Notes: generated from the sequence alone by a model not told the origin. A stretch of 64,000 bases of DNA from Octopus sinensis (GCF_006345805.1 NC_043006.1:97774001-97838000), one strand, 5' to 3'; counted from the stretch's first letter, positions 25,632-40,212 are shown. A program made the numbers and translations.

Positions 25632-26184
25632 TATCATCATCATCGTCATCATCATCATCATTATTATTAAGTTGATGAGCTGGCAGAATTTTCGCACGCC
25701 GGGCGAAATGCTTACGTTCTGAGTTCAGATTCCTGAGAAGTCGACTTTGCTTTTCGCCCTTTCATGATTGAGAAAAATTCATACCACTTGAGTACTGGTG
25801 TCGACCTAATCCACTAACACCCTCCCAAAATTTCTATATGTTCCTATAGTAAAGAGGATGATTCATATGTGCATGTGTATATATGTGTACACATGCATAG
25901 ATATATATGGATTGATAGTTATATACGTATATATTTATATAACTATATATGTACATTCACTCATGATATTCGACACATGCGTGTGTCGGTATGTGTATTT
26001 GCGTACATGTATGCACCAATGTATATATACTCTTATTTCACTTTATAGATATATGTATATCTGGGTGTATATGTAGAAATATGTCTGCGCATGTTATCCA
26101 TAACAGTACGTGTACGAGTGTGAATGTATATAATTGTATATATTATAGATGTACATATACATACATACAAACAGACATACACAC

Positions 26185-26222
<38 letters not shown>

Positions 26223-26224
26223 GC

Positions 26225-26255
<31 letters not shown>

Positions 26256-26315
26256 ATATATTATATATATATATATTATATATATATATATGTTATATTT
26301 ATTATTATTATTATT

Positions 26316-26440
26316 ATTCAGTAGTTTTATTTTCATTACGTGTTTTCCATTCACCACCGAATGCAGCTCTGTGTGCCTTGAGTTTGTGCTGTGATTTGTT
26401 GTGATGCTCTTATGGTTACTGTATTGAAAGTGTTTTGCGT
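26316..26440 (-). mobile_element. Dong-like LINE 3' end
   Basis: Reverse complement of the 43150-43274 3' UTR; abuts (ATT)n. Confidence 0.75.
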
Positions 26441-26471
26441 ATAATATACGTATGCTGATGAAAATAAACAC

Positions 26472-26555
<84 letters not shown>

Positions 26556-28377
26556 ATGTGTTTATTTTCATCAGCATACTCATGTATATGTATGTACGCG
26601 CGAATTTCATAGTATAATTGAAATTGCTTTCATAATTTCTTCTAGAACTAACCTGCCAACTATTATGAACGATATATAAATTTTCAATCCCTGCATAGGT
26701 ATGTGAGCGCACGAGTAATATACATACATACATAATACACAGATACATACATACATACATAACACACACACACGCACACACACCCACACACACACACACA
26801 TATTTATATATATATATGACGGAGAGAGAGGTATAGGTCGAACCCTTTGGGTTATTGAAAATAGACAGCATGAATAATATACAAGTAAATATATTCACTA
26901 ATGCGGGGGGATAAGATTAGACGTAAAGAGTAGAGATTTCAGCAGTCTCAAAACCACATACAAACAAACAAACAAGCGAAGAAAAAATAAAATGGAAAAT
27001 GCTAGAAATTAAGTCACACATTCCCTTTTACAACTTTTACAGGCAGAATACCTCACATATCCAATACCTCACAAAATGAAAGTCGTTTAGTACTGATGAA
27101 TTTTTTTTTTCACTCTGTGATTATGCTCCAGGATTTGACAAGTCATTTATGCAGGAAATTATGTAATGTAAACAGTTCATAGCCGGAAGTTGTTTAATAA
27201 ATATCGAAGGGAATGTAAGGAAGAATTCATCTAACATCCCCCAAAATTCTTAACAACATCGTAAATTGTTCCAAAACCAAAACCATTGATGTAGGAAACG
27301 TATATTTTGCAAAAGATACCAATATGTCAACGTAATTTTACAAATATTTTTGCATATACCTTGTCAGCCTACTTCTTTTTTTAAACATTTGAAACTCACA
27401 ATGACGATTCAAGATGCTTCAGATGCTTATAAATCTGCAGACTGTATTCTCCCTACTAAGTATTTCTTTCGTAGCTTACCGACATAATGCACCAGTTTCA
27501 GAGGATTGTTAGTGTTCAAAAAGAAAAAAATGAAAAAAGAAAGGATGAAAAAGAAAAAAATGGGGTTGAAGATGCGTACCTTTAATATCACTATTTTCGC
27601 ATTCCTGCAGTGAATATATCCTGTGGTGGTGCCTTCAAACTTCAAGCTAATTTTGAACAACCTATCTACTTAATAACGTGATTAGTGACTTGTCTGTCTT
27701 TCATGATAATAGCATAAGATACGTGGTATTATCACCCAATGTTATCTCTACGATCCATCCGGTTGTAATTGCAGTAGTTTCATTTGCAATCATTTGCAAT
27801 CAAGAAATTACGTCAAGGTATTTAGATGTAGTTCTGATCAAATAATGCGACTTTAGGTGAGGTATACGCCAACAGAGAACATCCAGTCATATCAAGAACT
27901 ACCATTTCGATGTAGCAATATACAATTTATTAATTTCATGGAAATTACTGAAGGATAACACTCATCCAAATGTTGCGAATTCCATCAATTAAAATTATGG
28001 CTCCTCACTATTACAAATATAGAGAATGGGACTGATTAGTCCACAAATACTTGTAGCCTAATATAAATTTCTCATAGAATCAACATTTCGTAATGGGTAT
28101 CGAGCCTGGTCCTTTGATTTTCAGGTACAGTCTAACATACTATTGTGTGACTAAGTTTTGCACATCTGTATACATGACGTAATTCTCAGTCAGATTTCCC
28201 ATAACAGTATATGTAGTAATCTGGACCCTTGAAACACAGGCATGGTTTAAGCTATATGTAGCTGCAGAGTTTCTCTCTATTATATTCCAATCACAACTGA
28301 AAGGCGACAACTGATCAAGGTACCATGTATAGAAACCAGATGTTCGATCTTTTAACCGATATATCAACTCTTTCACT

Positions 28378-28470
28378 GCTCTGTCATGCGCCTCTTTGAT
28401 GCGCCTTTGTCATGCACCTTTGTCATGAACCTTTGTCATGCACTTTTGTCGCGTGTCTTTGTCATGCGCT
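28378..28470. repeat. 13-bp minisatellite (CTTTGTCATGCAC-like), about 7 copies
   Basis: Direct inspection. Confidence 0.85.
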
Positions 28471-29232
28471 TACACATACTAACACTGATATTAGGCAACC
28501 GGTGAATTTTTGTTTAGTCTTACTAGCTAGTAGAAATATTAGCAAATTTTGATATGGAGTGTCACACTGGAAAATACTGCCTATTTATATCATAACAGGA
28601 TAATTCCGATTTTTAAGTCATTGAGCACCAGTCTACCCATTTAGGACTAACTATTTGCTAAACAATTACAGCCACAATAATGAGAACAACACAGTTATAC
28701 ATTTTTCATAATTAAACAAAGACAAAACCATGTACATTCCTAAAGATAACTTTCACAATTTATAGTGTCAAGTATTTACTTCTTAAACGAGGATGTTCTT
28801 GCAGAAAGTAGATTCGGTGTAGAAATGCTGGCGAAACAGACACGGTTTATAACATGGTTTAACGTTACTTCTTATTTGGAGGAATTAATTAGGATTATTT
28901 TTATGGCACGAGTGGTCTGTCATAGAGATGCCTCCTGCATAAATGAATTAACATAGTTTTGCATAATCTCTTTCATCTTTCGGATTTGGTCCATCATTTA
29001 TATATTTATTTGTCTTTCGTATGGCTCTGATGTCTTCCAGCAGCTGCAATCGAAATGTTGCAGATTATAGAGTACTGACAAGTACCGTCTGTTGCATTAT
29101 TAAAAATGCAGCGCAGTATGAGAGAATATTGTTTGGACAGTACAAAAGTAATAATTTTTGTTTTAGATGCAAGTTTACTAATGAATTCTTTGTGGTATTT
29201 GCTTGACGGAAAGCGTAAAGAAGACATCATAT

Positions 29233-29395
<163 letters not shown>

Positions 29396-29493
29396 AGTTG
29401 TCACTCTCTGTCTGCATGTGTGCATATCTGTCTCACTCTGACAGTCTATCTATATCTATATCTATCAACACACATACATACATACGTACGTAC

Positions 29494-29534
<41 letters not shown>

Positions 29535-30497
29535 ACAGAAGTAACAGTTTGTTTTATCGATATTTGGCATATACATAATTCTCGGACTTTGAATCGCTTT
29601 GTAATACAGTCGAATGAAAAGGAGACGTATATACTCTTCTAAAACCGTGTTGTGTTCTGTTTCTCCTGCTTGTTCTACACACAAACACCCACCCACACAC
29701 ACACACGCACACACACACACACACACACATATATATGTGTGTGTAGGTGGTGGTGGTGGTGGTGGTGGTGCGTGTGTGTATCTCTGGATAATAACATAGT
29801 ATCCACAAATACTGGTGTTAGTCTACGTCAGCAAGACTTGTATTTTCCTTAATCCGCATGAAGTTCTCAGTATACTTTTTATCTATTATACTATATACTA
29901 ACACAGGTGCACCCCCACACCCATACGTATAACGTATAACTTTGTATATGTGAAGTACAATCTACGTATCACATATAAAGTATAAATATAATTTGACAGG
30001 AACGTTAGTCGGGATTAATAAATCCCGACTTACACTTATGTACATTGTTGTTTTGGATAGTCTTCTTATGTACATTGTTGAACTGGATATTTTCTTTTGC
30101 CAAATAAACAATAAGAACCAAGCAGACTCTTGTTAAAGTCTTTGAGGTTGTAGGAAGGTGAAGAATGTCAGACGTGTTATTGTCAGTATGTTTTTGTGTG
30201 TTAGCATTGCCAAAAGAACTCGCAATGACTTTTTTGATTGACTTTCTGTTAAATGATTTAAGATGAAAGAAAGAAAGAAATTTCTGATTTATTCTACAAG
30301 AAATTTCAAACTTTGAAAAGTGCTGAGTTGAGCTTAATTTATTTATTTCAACTTAGACACAGCTGATGATTCAAAAGAATCCTCAGCTCTATACATTACT
30401 ACCAACGATAACAATCTTTGTGAAGTTTTTAAAATATGTTGAAAAAATTAAAAATACATGCTCTTTAACCTTTATCCTTTACTTGTTTTAGTCATTA

Positions 30498-30875
30498 GTG
30501 TGTGGTCACAGTGGTTAGGGCAGCTGACTCGCGGTCATAGGATCGCGGTTTTGATTCCTAGACCGGAAGTTGTGAGTGTTTATTGAGCGAAAACACCTAT
30601 AGCTCCACGCGGTTCCGGCAGGGGATGGTGGTGATCCCTGCTGTACTCTTTCACCACAACTTTCTCTCACTCTTACTTCCTGTTTCTGTTGTACCTGTAT
30701 TTCAAAGGGCCGGCCTTGTCACTCTCTGTGTCACGCCGAATATCCCCAAGAACTACGTTAAGGGTGAACGTGTCTGTGGAGTGCTCAGCCACTTACACGT
30801 TAATTTCACGAGCAGGCTGTTCCGTTGATTCGGATCAACCGGAACCCTCGTCGACGTAACCGACGGAGTGCTTCC
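30498..30875 (+). mobile_element. SINE family B variant (tRNA head B1 plus shared 3' module)
   Basis: A-box CAGTGGTTAG and B-box GTTTTGATTCCT. The 3' half matches 46487-46680. Confidence 0.85.
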
Positions 30876-30934
30876 CAGTGTGTGGTCACGCTGGGGTACC
30901 GCCCTGAAGAATTCTGGTCAGACGAATCGGCCCT

Positions 30935-31075
30935 ATTATTTGTTTCAGGCAAGCGCTTATTTTATCGGTCTCTTTCTTGCACCAATATTTACGGGGACGT
31001 AAATACACAACATGGTTGTCAAGCACTGGTGAGGAGGATAAACACAGAGACTAAAACACACACAGAAAATGTAAT
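30935..31075 (-). mobile_element. SINE family A, partial
   Basis: Reverse-complement homology to the 3' half. Confidence 0.7.
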
Positions 31076-31101
31076 ATATATACATACACAGACACACACA
31101 G

Positions 31102-31137
<36 letters not shown>

Positions 31138-31189
31138 TACATTTTACACATACATATATATATACATGCGTATGTGTGTGTTTTACAAC

Positions 31190-31470
31190 CCAGGCTGTGG
31201 GAACGTACAACCAGGATTGTTTTTATAGAAGACCAGCAGCTACCCATGCATTCCAGCTCCCCTCAACACGCCACCCGATGTTATCCAAGAGAAAGACAAC
31301 AACAGATATACAGCTTGGCACCTGTGACGTCGCAATTCATTTCTACAGCTGAGTGAACTGGAGCGACGTGAAATAAAGTGTCTTGCTCAAGAACATAACA
31401 CGCAGCCCCGTCCGGGAATCGAAAGCACAAACTCAAGATCGTAAGCTCGATGCTCTAACCACTGAGCACA
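31190..31470 (-). mobile_element. SINE family B variant (tRNA head plus Meta-like core, different tail)
   Basis: Minus strand CTCAGTGGTTAGAGC..TTCGATTCCC..CTTGAGCAAGACACTTTATTTCACG..CTCCAGTTCACTCAGCTG. Confidence 0.85.
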
Positions 31471-31569
31471 CACACGCACACACATGCACACACACACATG
31501 CCCAAAGGGGACTTCTCAGAAGACCTGTTGTTCAGCTCTCTTGAGAGTGTCTTACCAACACACACACAT

Positions 31570-31915
31570 ATTAGGTTAAGTATGAAATTTATAGAAATGA
31601 GAAAAAAATATTTGCCAATGTTTTATAAATACAAGGAATAATTTTATTCATCAAAGTACGCACCCATATTGTCAATACACTTTTGCCATTTCAGCGGTAG
31701 CTTGTCCAGCTGAGAACTGTTAATTGCCTGGCAATCTAGAGTAAAAAAATCTTAGACGGTCTGTTTTTCAGCATCGTCGGAACTAAATTTGTTCTCTTTT
31801 AAAATGTTATCGAAATTCTGCAAGAAGTATTAATCAGTGGGGGACAAGATCAGATGAGTATGGCGGATGATGGAGAACTTCCAACTCCAACTCGCAATAT
31901 TAACGAATCTGGAGT
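31570..31915 (-). mobile_element. Mariner 3' fragment with TIR
   Basis: Minus translation LEVLHHPPYSSDL..DKLPLKWQKCIDNMGAYFDE*; TIR TATTAGGTTAAGTATGAAATT. Confidence 0.85.
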
Positions 31916-32134
31916 ATATATAGCACAGTATAGTATATATAAGCTGAGTATATATAGCACAGAGAAGTACTCAAATGGGCGTGAACTGAAATTCCAGCTT
32001 CTTTAGCCAACCCCAGCGCCTCCGCATTAAAAGTTAGCCATAAGAGCAATCTCTATTTGCTAACATTACTGTGAAAAAGATTTCTAAATTACTTTCTAAA
32101 TTTCACACGAACTAGTCACGATGGAATAATGAGG

Positions 32135-32335
32135 GATGCATGTGTGTATATGTTTTGCGTGTGTCTGTGTTTGTTCCCTACCACCGTTTGGCAACCGATG
32201 TTGGTGTGTTTGCCTCTCCATAAAAGGGACCGAGAAAATAAGTAGTGATTCGTTCGACAGAAAAGAAAAAGAAAGAACAATCCTTCAAGGTGGCTCCCTA
32301 GCATGGCGACATGTTGAAACAAGTGAAAATGAATA
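32135..32335 (+). mobile_element. SINE family A, 3' half
   Basis: Homology. Confidence 0.75.
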
Positions 32336-32359
32336 CTACCGGCATCAATAACTACACCC

Positions 32360-32394
32360 CGCTATTACTGTTGCTGCTGCTATTACTACTACTA

Positions 32395-32441
<47 letters not shown>

Positions 32442-32500
32442 TCTACAACCACTACCACTACCACCACCACCATCACCACCATTAAAATCACCACCACCAC

Positions 32501-32536
<36 letters not shown>

Positions 32537-32614
32537 TACAACCACCACCACCACCACCACTACCACTACCACCACCACCACCACCATCATCACCACCACC
32601 ACCATCATCACAAT

Positions 32615-32646
<32 letters not shown>

Positions 32647-32705
32647 TTACTACTACCAACACTATTACGACTACTATCAAAGTTATTGTTGCTGCTGCTG
32701 TTGCA
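32360..32705. repeat. (CTA)n/(CCA)n trinucleotide array
   Basis: Direct inspection. Confidence 0.95.
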
Positions 32706-33416
32706 AGTAATTGGAGTAGAATCGAACAGGTTAATGTTTAAAGAATTGCTTCATGCAACAATTAAAACAAGATGATACGTTCATCACAAGAAGCAATAAA
32801 ACACGATACTTAGCTAATATTTCTCTTTAATTCCACAATACAATCACTTTTACACTTTCATTTACAACAAACCTGTGAACAAAATTCTAGCAAGCGTTGT
32901 ATAGAATTCTCTATAGAAATATCTGTAACTACCTGTCGACTGATATAAATATTTTAAACGGTGGAGCATTATGTAGAAGCATTATATTAATAACAATGGA
33001 ATTTTATAGCAATTTCTTGAAAACACAGGGTAATTTATGAGAAGAATAATTAAGGAAAACGGGAAGAAATGTTATTGTGTACTGTAGATAAAACTTTAAC
33101 AACTAAATGTATTTCGAAAGTTTGATTGTTTTTTCTTAAAGTAAGGCTATAAAATGGATCCGTATAGAAAATGTTAAAATCTCGATTATATAATATCTCG
33201 AATATACACATGTCATATATGACTGCATAAGCACAAATACACACTCGCATAAAAGTACACGCAAACATGCACACATATACACGCACATGTGTAGGTGTGC
33301 GTTATATTTCACTCCAGACCTGATTTTAGCTTAAACACCTGACCAGGCAACTTCTGGATTTAACGGCATAAACTTTATGTACGCATGCACATGTGCGCGT
33401 ACACACACATCCATAC

Positions 33417-33447
<31 letters not shown>

Positions 33448-33838
33448 GGAGCATACATGTACACGCATACACATTCACATACATATAGAAGTAGCTTCTC
33501 GCACTCAGTCTTTAGTTGTGACTACCTTGTGTCACTAGATTAAGAGCATGAGGTGATGAAATTGACTTTCTTAATTCCTTCAGTCTAGTATACTTTTTAT
33601 CGACTTTTACGCATGGAAAATCTGTTAAAATTGTTTTACATAAAATGTTGAAATTAGGCACAGCTCTTTATATCAGTAAACATAAAGCTAGGGAAAAACA
33701 CGTATATGCTCACATACAAAGATAGACTCATGAATGCATATATGTGCATATGCACATGTATGGATGTATATATATATATATATATATAAGAAATTAAAGA
33801 TGGAAAATGCACACTTTTTAATGTATCTTGTATTGTGT

Positions 33839-33873
33839 TTGTCGACCGGTTTCGCTTTCACTATTCATGATAT
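33839..33873 (-). ncRNA. Minimal hammerhead variant (A3-U8 core), second copy, in a PLE-like repeat at 33790-33970
   Basis: Minus strand aatatc-ATGAATA-GT GAAA GC-GAAACCGGTC^gaca. Confidence 0.55.
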
Positions 33874-33994
33874 TAAAACTTATTTAAATACGTATTTTCG
33901 TCATAAGAATATTTTTGGTCCATGTTGTGTGTGAAAATTATTAGTGAATGACTCAACAAGTAGAAAAATCTAATGGGCGGTAATTGCTTATCAT

Positions 33995-34365
33995 TATTAT
34001 TGTGGGCGGGGGAGATAACTGTTCAGCTTTCGGTAGGAGGAGGGAATATATGAATACACAAAAATTTGAAAACTAGATTATTGGGGAGAAATATGTACAG
34101 TGATGGGTATGTAATCTGAATGAAAATATGTAAGGAGATCAAAGTTGGTTATGTGTGCCTATTTAGAAGTGTTCTGTAGTTTTCGATGAAAAAATTTCTT
34201 TATTTAAATGTTCTTGTAAAGAAATTGTATCTTTGCACTGGTAGACGGGGTAAACTGTGAAATTTGGTTTGATGTTACCTGCAAATTTCTGTGTTCTCTT
34301 AAAGGAATTTGTCTGTATTGCGGGAACTGGATCTGCTCTTTATGTAGAGTGGTTTTCCGTCTCAA
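33995..34365 (-). mobile_element. Penelope-like 3' fragment (GIY-YIG C-terminus plus UTR)
   Basis: Homologous to 3630-4010. Confidence 0.8.
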
Positions 34366-34489
34366 TGTCATTCTCGTCTGTCCACAAACCGAGCAGGTTA
34401 TTACTTAAATTAGGTTCTCAAAGGCACAAGTAAAGTTGGTTTTAATTGTGAACCTCTCTCCTTGTTTGGAAAGGATATCGGAGCCTTTA

Positions 34490-35232
34490 AATAGGTTGGG
34501 GCATAATGAAATGGAATAGTGGTGGAATGTACCAGTGAATTCCTCAGTAAAATGTGAGCACAACTGACTTGATATAATGATTTGGGATAGAAAAGAGAAA
34601 CTGTGTACAATTGCAGAAATTAGCTGCCCACCAGATGTTAATAAAAAGCTGAAGATCAGTGGAAAAGGGAACACTTACACTGAAATATCGAGAATACTAC
34701 AGTTACTCTATCCGGATTACAAGTTCAAGTTTATACCTGTAGCTATTGGACCTTGGGATATGTAACACACTGCGTACATATCAATCTTAAAAAATTAGGC
34801 TTCTCAAAACGAGAAGGGAGAAAGCTAATTCGAAGATCTAATCCATCACTGGAACTGTAAAAATCTGGAAAACTTTCCAGAAGTTCATCATTTAAATATA
34901 TATGAGCAAGTCTAGATATGTAACTATATGCATGAGAATGCATACAAAAAACATACAAATCTGCACATACATACATACATGCATACATACATACATACAT
35001 ACATACATACATACATACATACATACATACATACATACATACATACATACATACATACATACATACATACATACATACAGGCATGCATGCATGCATACAT
35101 ACATACATAAATACATACATGCAAAGAAATATACCCTGGTGTTGATGTTGAAATTCTAATTAAAGGAACTTTGGATCTAGGTTAGCAACCGGTTCTTTCT
35201 CTATTGGCAAGAAATCTTGAAATAAAATGAAT
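34490..35232 (+). mobile_element. R4-like RLE LINE 3' fragment with internal (CATA)n 3' UTR
   Basis: WWNVPV..IWDRKEKLCTIAEISCPPDVN..LQLLYPDYKFKFIPVAIG. Confidence 0.8.
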
Positions 35233-35337
35233 AATGACATATGTATATATAAACCTCTGTCCAGTCATCGCCATGATCGACCGCTAGCCACTAAAGCTTT
35301 TTATTCTCTGTTTATTTTCTCTAGTTCCTTTCTGTTG

Positions 35338-35388
<51 letters not shown>

Positions 35389-35645
35389 ACATACATATAT
35401 ATGTACATATATATTTCAATCGTTTGTTGAAGATAACAGGTGATGCCGATAGACTTTGTTGGTGTTACATGAACATGAACTGTGACGTCATTCACGTAAA
35501 CATTCCTCTTAAACAAGAACTCCCTACTCCATGATACCACAAGACTTGACTTAGAAAGGATTTAGCAAATTCTATCAGGTGGTGCCAGAAAGTTAGACAT
35601 CTTTGATGGAAACATATCTATCTGAATTATATATATATATACATA

Positions 35646-35965
35646 CAGACCTGGGCGTAAGTCCGTTAATCTGTCAATCGTTAATTAACGAAGTAAACAT
35701 TTTCGTTAACGATTTTAACTTTTACCTTAATTTAGAAAATAATTTTCGTACTAATTGACTTCCGTTAGCTCAAGCCAGTTAACTCAAGTCTGTTAACCCA
35801 AACTCGTCTACTGCAGCCCTTTGGTCGACGCAGTTTTGACCCCTTGGTTGACGCAGTTTTGACAAGCATCGACAAAAGATTTGCGACACTCTTGGTCGAT
35901 AAGGAATGCCAACTGGCTGCTACCTCCCACCCCAGGTTTCACCTCATTAGGTTGGATAGGCATGC
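35646..35965 (+). mobile_element. Internally deleted hAT element (5' end plus transposase scrap)
   Basis: hAT-like terminus GACCTGGGC with CGTTAA subterminal repeats; peptide LVDAVLTSIDKRFATLLVDKECQLAATSHPRF. Confidence 0.6.
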
Positions 35966-36095
35966 TAATTTATTAATTTTCCTTCTTTTGCTAGCCTATT
36001 ATGTGGTGTGTCATTATCGGAGAATTTATAGGGGCAATAGTGTCTTTTGACGTCTAATTTTTCAGTGCTATAATTATGTATATATTTATATGTAT

Positions 36096-36168
<73 letters not shown>

Positions 36169-36189
36169 TGTGTGTATGAGTTTATTCAG

Positions 36190-36510
36190 TCCGAATGCTT
36201 GGCACTTTGGGCGAGTGTCTTCTAAAATAGCCACGGGCCGACCAAGACCTTGTGAGTAGATTTGCTAGATGGAAACCGAAAGAAGCATGTATGTATGTAT
36301 GTATGTATGTATGTATGTATGTATGTATGTATGTATGTACGTATGTATATGTGTGTGTATGTGTGTTTGTCCCTCCAGCATCGCGTGACAACCGATAACA
36401 TCAGTACTAGGCTTACAGTGAAGAAGTTCTGGGGTTGATTTGTTCGACTCAAGGCGGTGCTTCAGCATGGCCGCCCTCAAATGATTGAATCAAGTAAAAG
36501 AATAAAAGAA
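36190..36510 (+). mobile_element. SINE family A, 5'-truncated, internal (TATG)n
   Basis: Homology. Confidence 0.85.
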
Positions 36511-36513
36511 TAT

Positions 36514-36565
<52 letters not shown>

Positions 36566-36797
36566 CGCTTGAAGTGTGGTTTTGGTCGGTTTTCGTTTTG
36601 ACTGCTTCTTCTAGTGTGTAGAAATGACCCATTAATGATAGTTTTCTCTTGTGTTTAAACGTACACTATATATATATATATATATATATATAAGAATATA
36701 TATATATATCTATAAGAATGCCATATTAATATGGCGATAACAATTAATTTCCAGTAAACGCTGCCATAATCTCTTTTATAGAGACTTAGTAAGTTTA

Positions 36798-36832
<35 letters not shown>

Positions 36833-37129
36833 GTGTGTGTGTGTGTGTATATGTGTGTGCGTGTGAGTGTGTGTGTGTGTGTGTGTGCGTGTATATGCAT
36901 ATATGTGTGTATATATAATTTTCGCTTCTTGTTATGGAAACAAAAAAAGTTATATAGGACTGCAAAAAAGGAGTGTTCAAGTGAAATGGAGAGAGACAAA
37001 AATCATTGATTAGAACAGCTATTTAGTTTCACGTGCATAAATTGATTGAGAATAATCCTATTGCATTGTTTTAAGAGATATTATTAAGATATAATTTCAA
37101 ATAGTTGGGTTTGCGTAGCTTAATTGTTA

Positions 37130-37345
37130 TGGTATTGCACTTATGGTTAAAAATATTGCGGATTCCGTTCCTAGACCGGATGATGCAGTGTATTTTGGGG
37201 AAAATACTTTCTTTCCCGTTACTCCATCCCACTCCAGTGGCCAAAATAATAAGTAATCCTGCGACGGATCGGTGTTGCATCCAAGGGGGAGTATTTCCAG
37301 CACAAAATCCGGGAAACCTGCCTTATGAACCTAGGGCTCAGGATG
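37130..37345 (+). mobile_element. Degenerate SINE with V-like core
   Basis: CCTGCGACGGATCGG..CATCCAAGGGGG..CCGGGAAACC; similar to 55975-56190. Confidence 0.5.
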
Positions 37346-38029
37346 AGCCCATGATTCTTTTTGATATATATTTATGCGTGTGTGTAACGTATACAATTAC
37401 TATCTACTTGTGACATGACACGGAATTTCATAATTTCTACTCCTTGTTTACTGCTATATAAGGCAACCTTATTTATTATTGACTACTTTATCCACATTTA
37501 TTTACACGTACGCAAATATATGAATGTTTTCTGTTTTGTTGTGTGTGTGTGTATGTGCAAAATTACTGCACTTCAGGGAAGGAAAATTTCAATAAGTTAA
37601 ATCCAATAACACCAATACTTTTTCTATTTCTATAGAATTATTTCCTGTTTATTTTCAACTTTTCAGATGATATGCTACTTTTTAAGACATGTATACACTG
37701 AAAAAAAAAGGGAAGAAAAGAAAAGAGAATACACAAGAAAAACAGTAAATTATATTCATTTCGAGAAATACAATTCAACGTTGCGAAGGTTACGTTACAG
37801 TTTAGAGAACTATCATGTTACAAATGCAGTATTCCATATAATCTCATATTTCATTTAGCAAAACATGATGTTTATGCTTCTACATTTCATTTTAAGTGAC
37901 TTTTGAAAAATCTTCATGGAATTCTTTCTAATGAGGGTTATTTCTATGGAAGGACGTCGGGTATATATGCACTAATATGTATAACGAAATATGTACGAAT
38001 ATCTTCATTTACATGTATGTATGTACGTA

Positions 38030-38062
<33 letters not shown>

Positions 38063-38769
38063 ATGTGTGTGTATCTTAATGTGTGTGTGTGTATGGGTTC
38101 GAGTAAGAGTGTATGGGTATCTCTATGTGAAAGTGTGTATATTTTGCGTGCGTGTATGGCCTCTGTGTTGATGAAAATCACTCTATACTCAACGTCTTAA
38201 AATCACACGATCAAAATAAACTCTAAGTGCCATTAACTGAATTATCGTGCTTTACAATAAGTAAATAAATCATAAAATATGCAATAAAAAGAAACACGCA
38301 CGATGGAAAACTTGAAAAATGAGGACCACATTCCATGGGACAAGGCGAACCGGTGCGAAATAGCATAAAAAAATACGCTCGTTTGTATATGCAATTTATA
38401 TGATACTCATTTCTCTTTAAATATGCCTGTATATATGTCCATGTGGATGTAAAATTATATGAATATATGTAAGTTCGACGGAGCATGCGAGCATCAAAAT
38501 ACTAATGTTTTATAATTGTATTCACATCTCTATTGTTAGCCTCCGTTTGGCCCTCGATGATAATTTCATTGTTCGACAAAGTGAATTCCGTCTTGGGAAA
38601 TTAACACACGTGAGTAGATGCGTAACCTCACGGGAATGTATACACTTAGAGTAACTCGGAATCAACGTTTAACAATGAGACACAACCAGGTAGTACTCTA
38701 GAGAGAATTAAAGATGAAATTAACCTTGGCAAGAATTGAACGCTGGGAGCCGGAATAAAGAATTCTTAC

Positions 38770-39178
38770 ATTACTTTTTTACTTGTTTCAGTCATTTGAC
38801 TGCGGCCATGCTGGAACACCGCCTTTAGTCGAGCAAATCGACCACGGGACTTATTCTTTGTAAGCTCAGTACTTATTCTATCGGTCTCTTTTGCCGAACC
38901 GCTAAGTGACGGGGACGTAAACACACCAGCATCGGTTGTCAAGCAATGCTAAGGGGACAAACATAGACACACAAACACATACACACACACTTATATATAT
39001 ATATATACATATATACGACAGGCTTCTTTCAGTTTCCGTCTACCAAATCCACCCACAAGGCATTGGTAGGCCCGGGGCTATATTAGAAGACACTTGCCCA
39101 AGATGCCACGCAGTGGGACTGAACCCGGAACCGTGTGGTTGGTAAGCAAGCTACTTACCACACAGCCACTCCTGCGCC
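38770..39178 (-). mobile_element. SINE family A
   Basis: Reverse-complement homology. Confidence 0.95.
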
Positions 39179-39977
39179 AATTGAATATTTTCCGGAAAGT
39201 TGATGGTTGTTGTTCCTCTGACAGCAGAACGTGTTGCTTAAGAGGAGAGAAGATGCTTCCACCTTGTTCTGCATATGTACAACAATATCGCCATGTGGTC
39301 TTTGGGGGGATACTGTGATATTATGTACTTATTTAACAGCTGCAGCTAATTATTGTCAATTTTCACCAATTAAATTTTATAGTCATTAACAGATTTAAAC
39401 GTCTTGATTTAAATGTCCTTTTTACGTTAACTTTTTTCCAGCATTTTACCGGAATGGCCATGGGGACAGCGAATGACCTTAACTGCATTCATTTATTTTT
39501 ACTTTAGTTTGCCAGTCTATTTGCATCTATCGCTATATGTAGACAACAACTATTTACTGTCTACATTAAATGTGAATATTGTCGTTCCGCTTTATTTTGC
39601 TATACTGCTGCTGTCAGATGTGCATGTAGACTTAGCATATGTTTTCTTTCTTTTTTTTTCATGTTTCTTTTTCGATTATTAATAAACTTGAATGTATAGG
39701 CCGTTGTATATTTTAGATAGCCATCATTTTCGATGGTTCAAGTTCTATTTGTTTCTTGCGATGCAGAATTTATCTGCCGCTGTTTTCATAGAATGATACG
39801 GATTATATTTGCTCGATTGTTATAACATACGGTAATGTTCTATTCAAGCGAATATTAATAAATTGAAGCATTACTTCCAGCTATATACTTGAACATATTT
39901 ATATATATGATTATATACTGTATTGCCACAATACCATACATATACATACGTACATATATATATATTATATATATATA

Positions 39978-40179
39978 ACGGGAAGCTTTATGAAAATAAA
40001 CAAAAGACGAAGGCAGGTGGAGTACAAACAAACAATTGTATTAGTATGGCGCTCAGGAACATAAATAAAACAAGTCTTTTACGCTTCGAGCCTACGCTCT
40101 TCAACAGAAAGATACACAGAAAAGAAACACAGAGAGAAACAAGGAGAGAAAAAATGCGTGCAGAAGCTAGCGATTCATC

Positions 40180-40180
<1 letters not shown>
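39978..40180 (-). mobile_element. PLE pLTR-like fragment with mutated hammerhead (40075-40112)
   Basis: Minus strand TCTTT CTGTTGA A GAGC GTAG GCTC GAAGC GTA^ AAAGA; two core substitutions. Confidence 0.7.

Positions 40181-40212
<32 letters not shown>

Noticed and set aside
29106-29230. REYCLDSTKVIIFVLDAS resembling an ARF-family GTPase strand
   Set aside because: Too short, no other GTPase motifs nearby, and the frame runs into (TATC)n.
32311-32775. Proline/leucine-rich 154-aa ORF resembling an extensin or signal peptide
   Set aside because: Derived entirely from (CTA)n/(CCA)n repeats.
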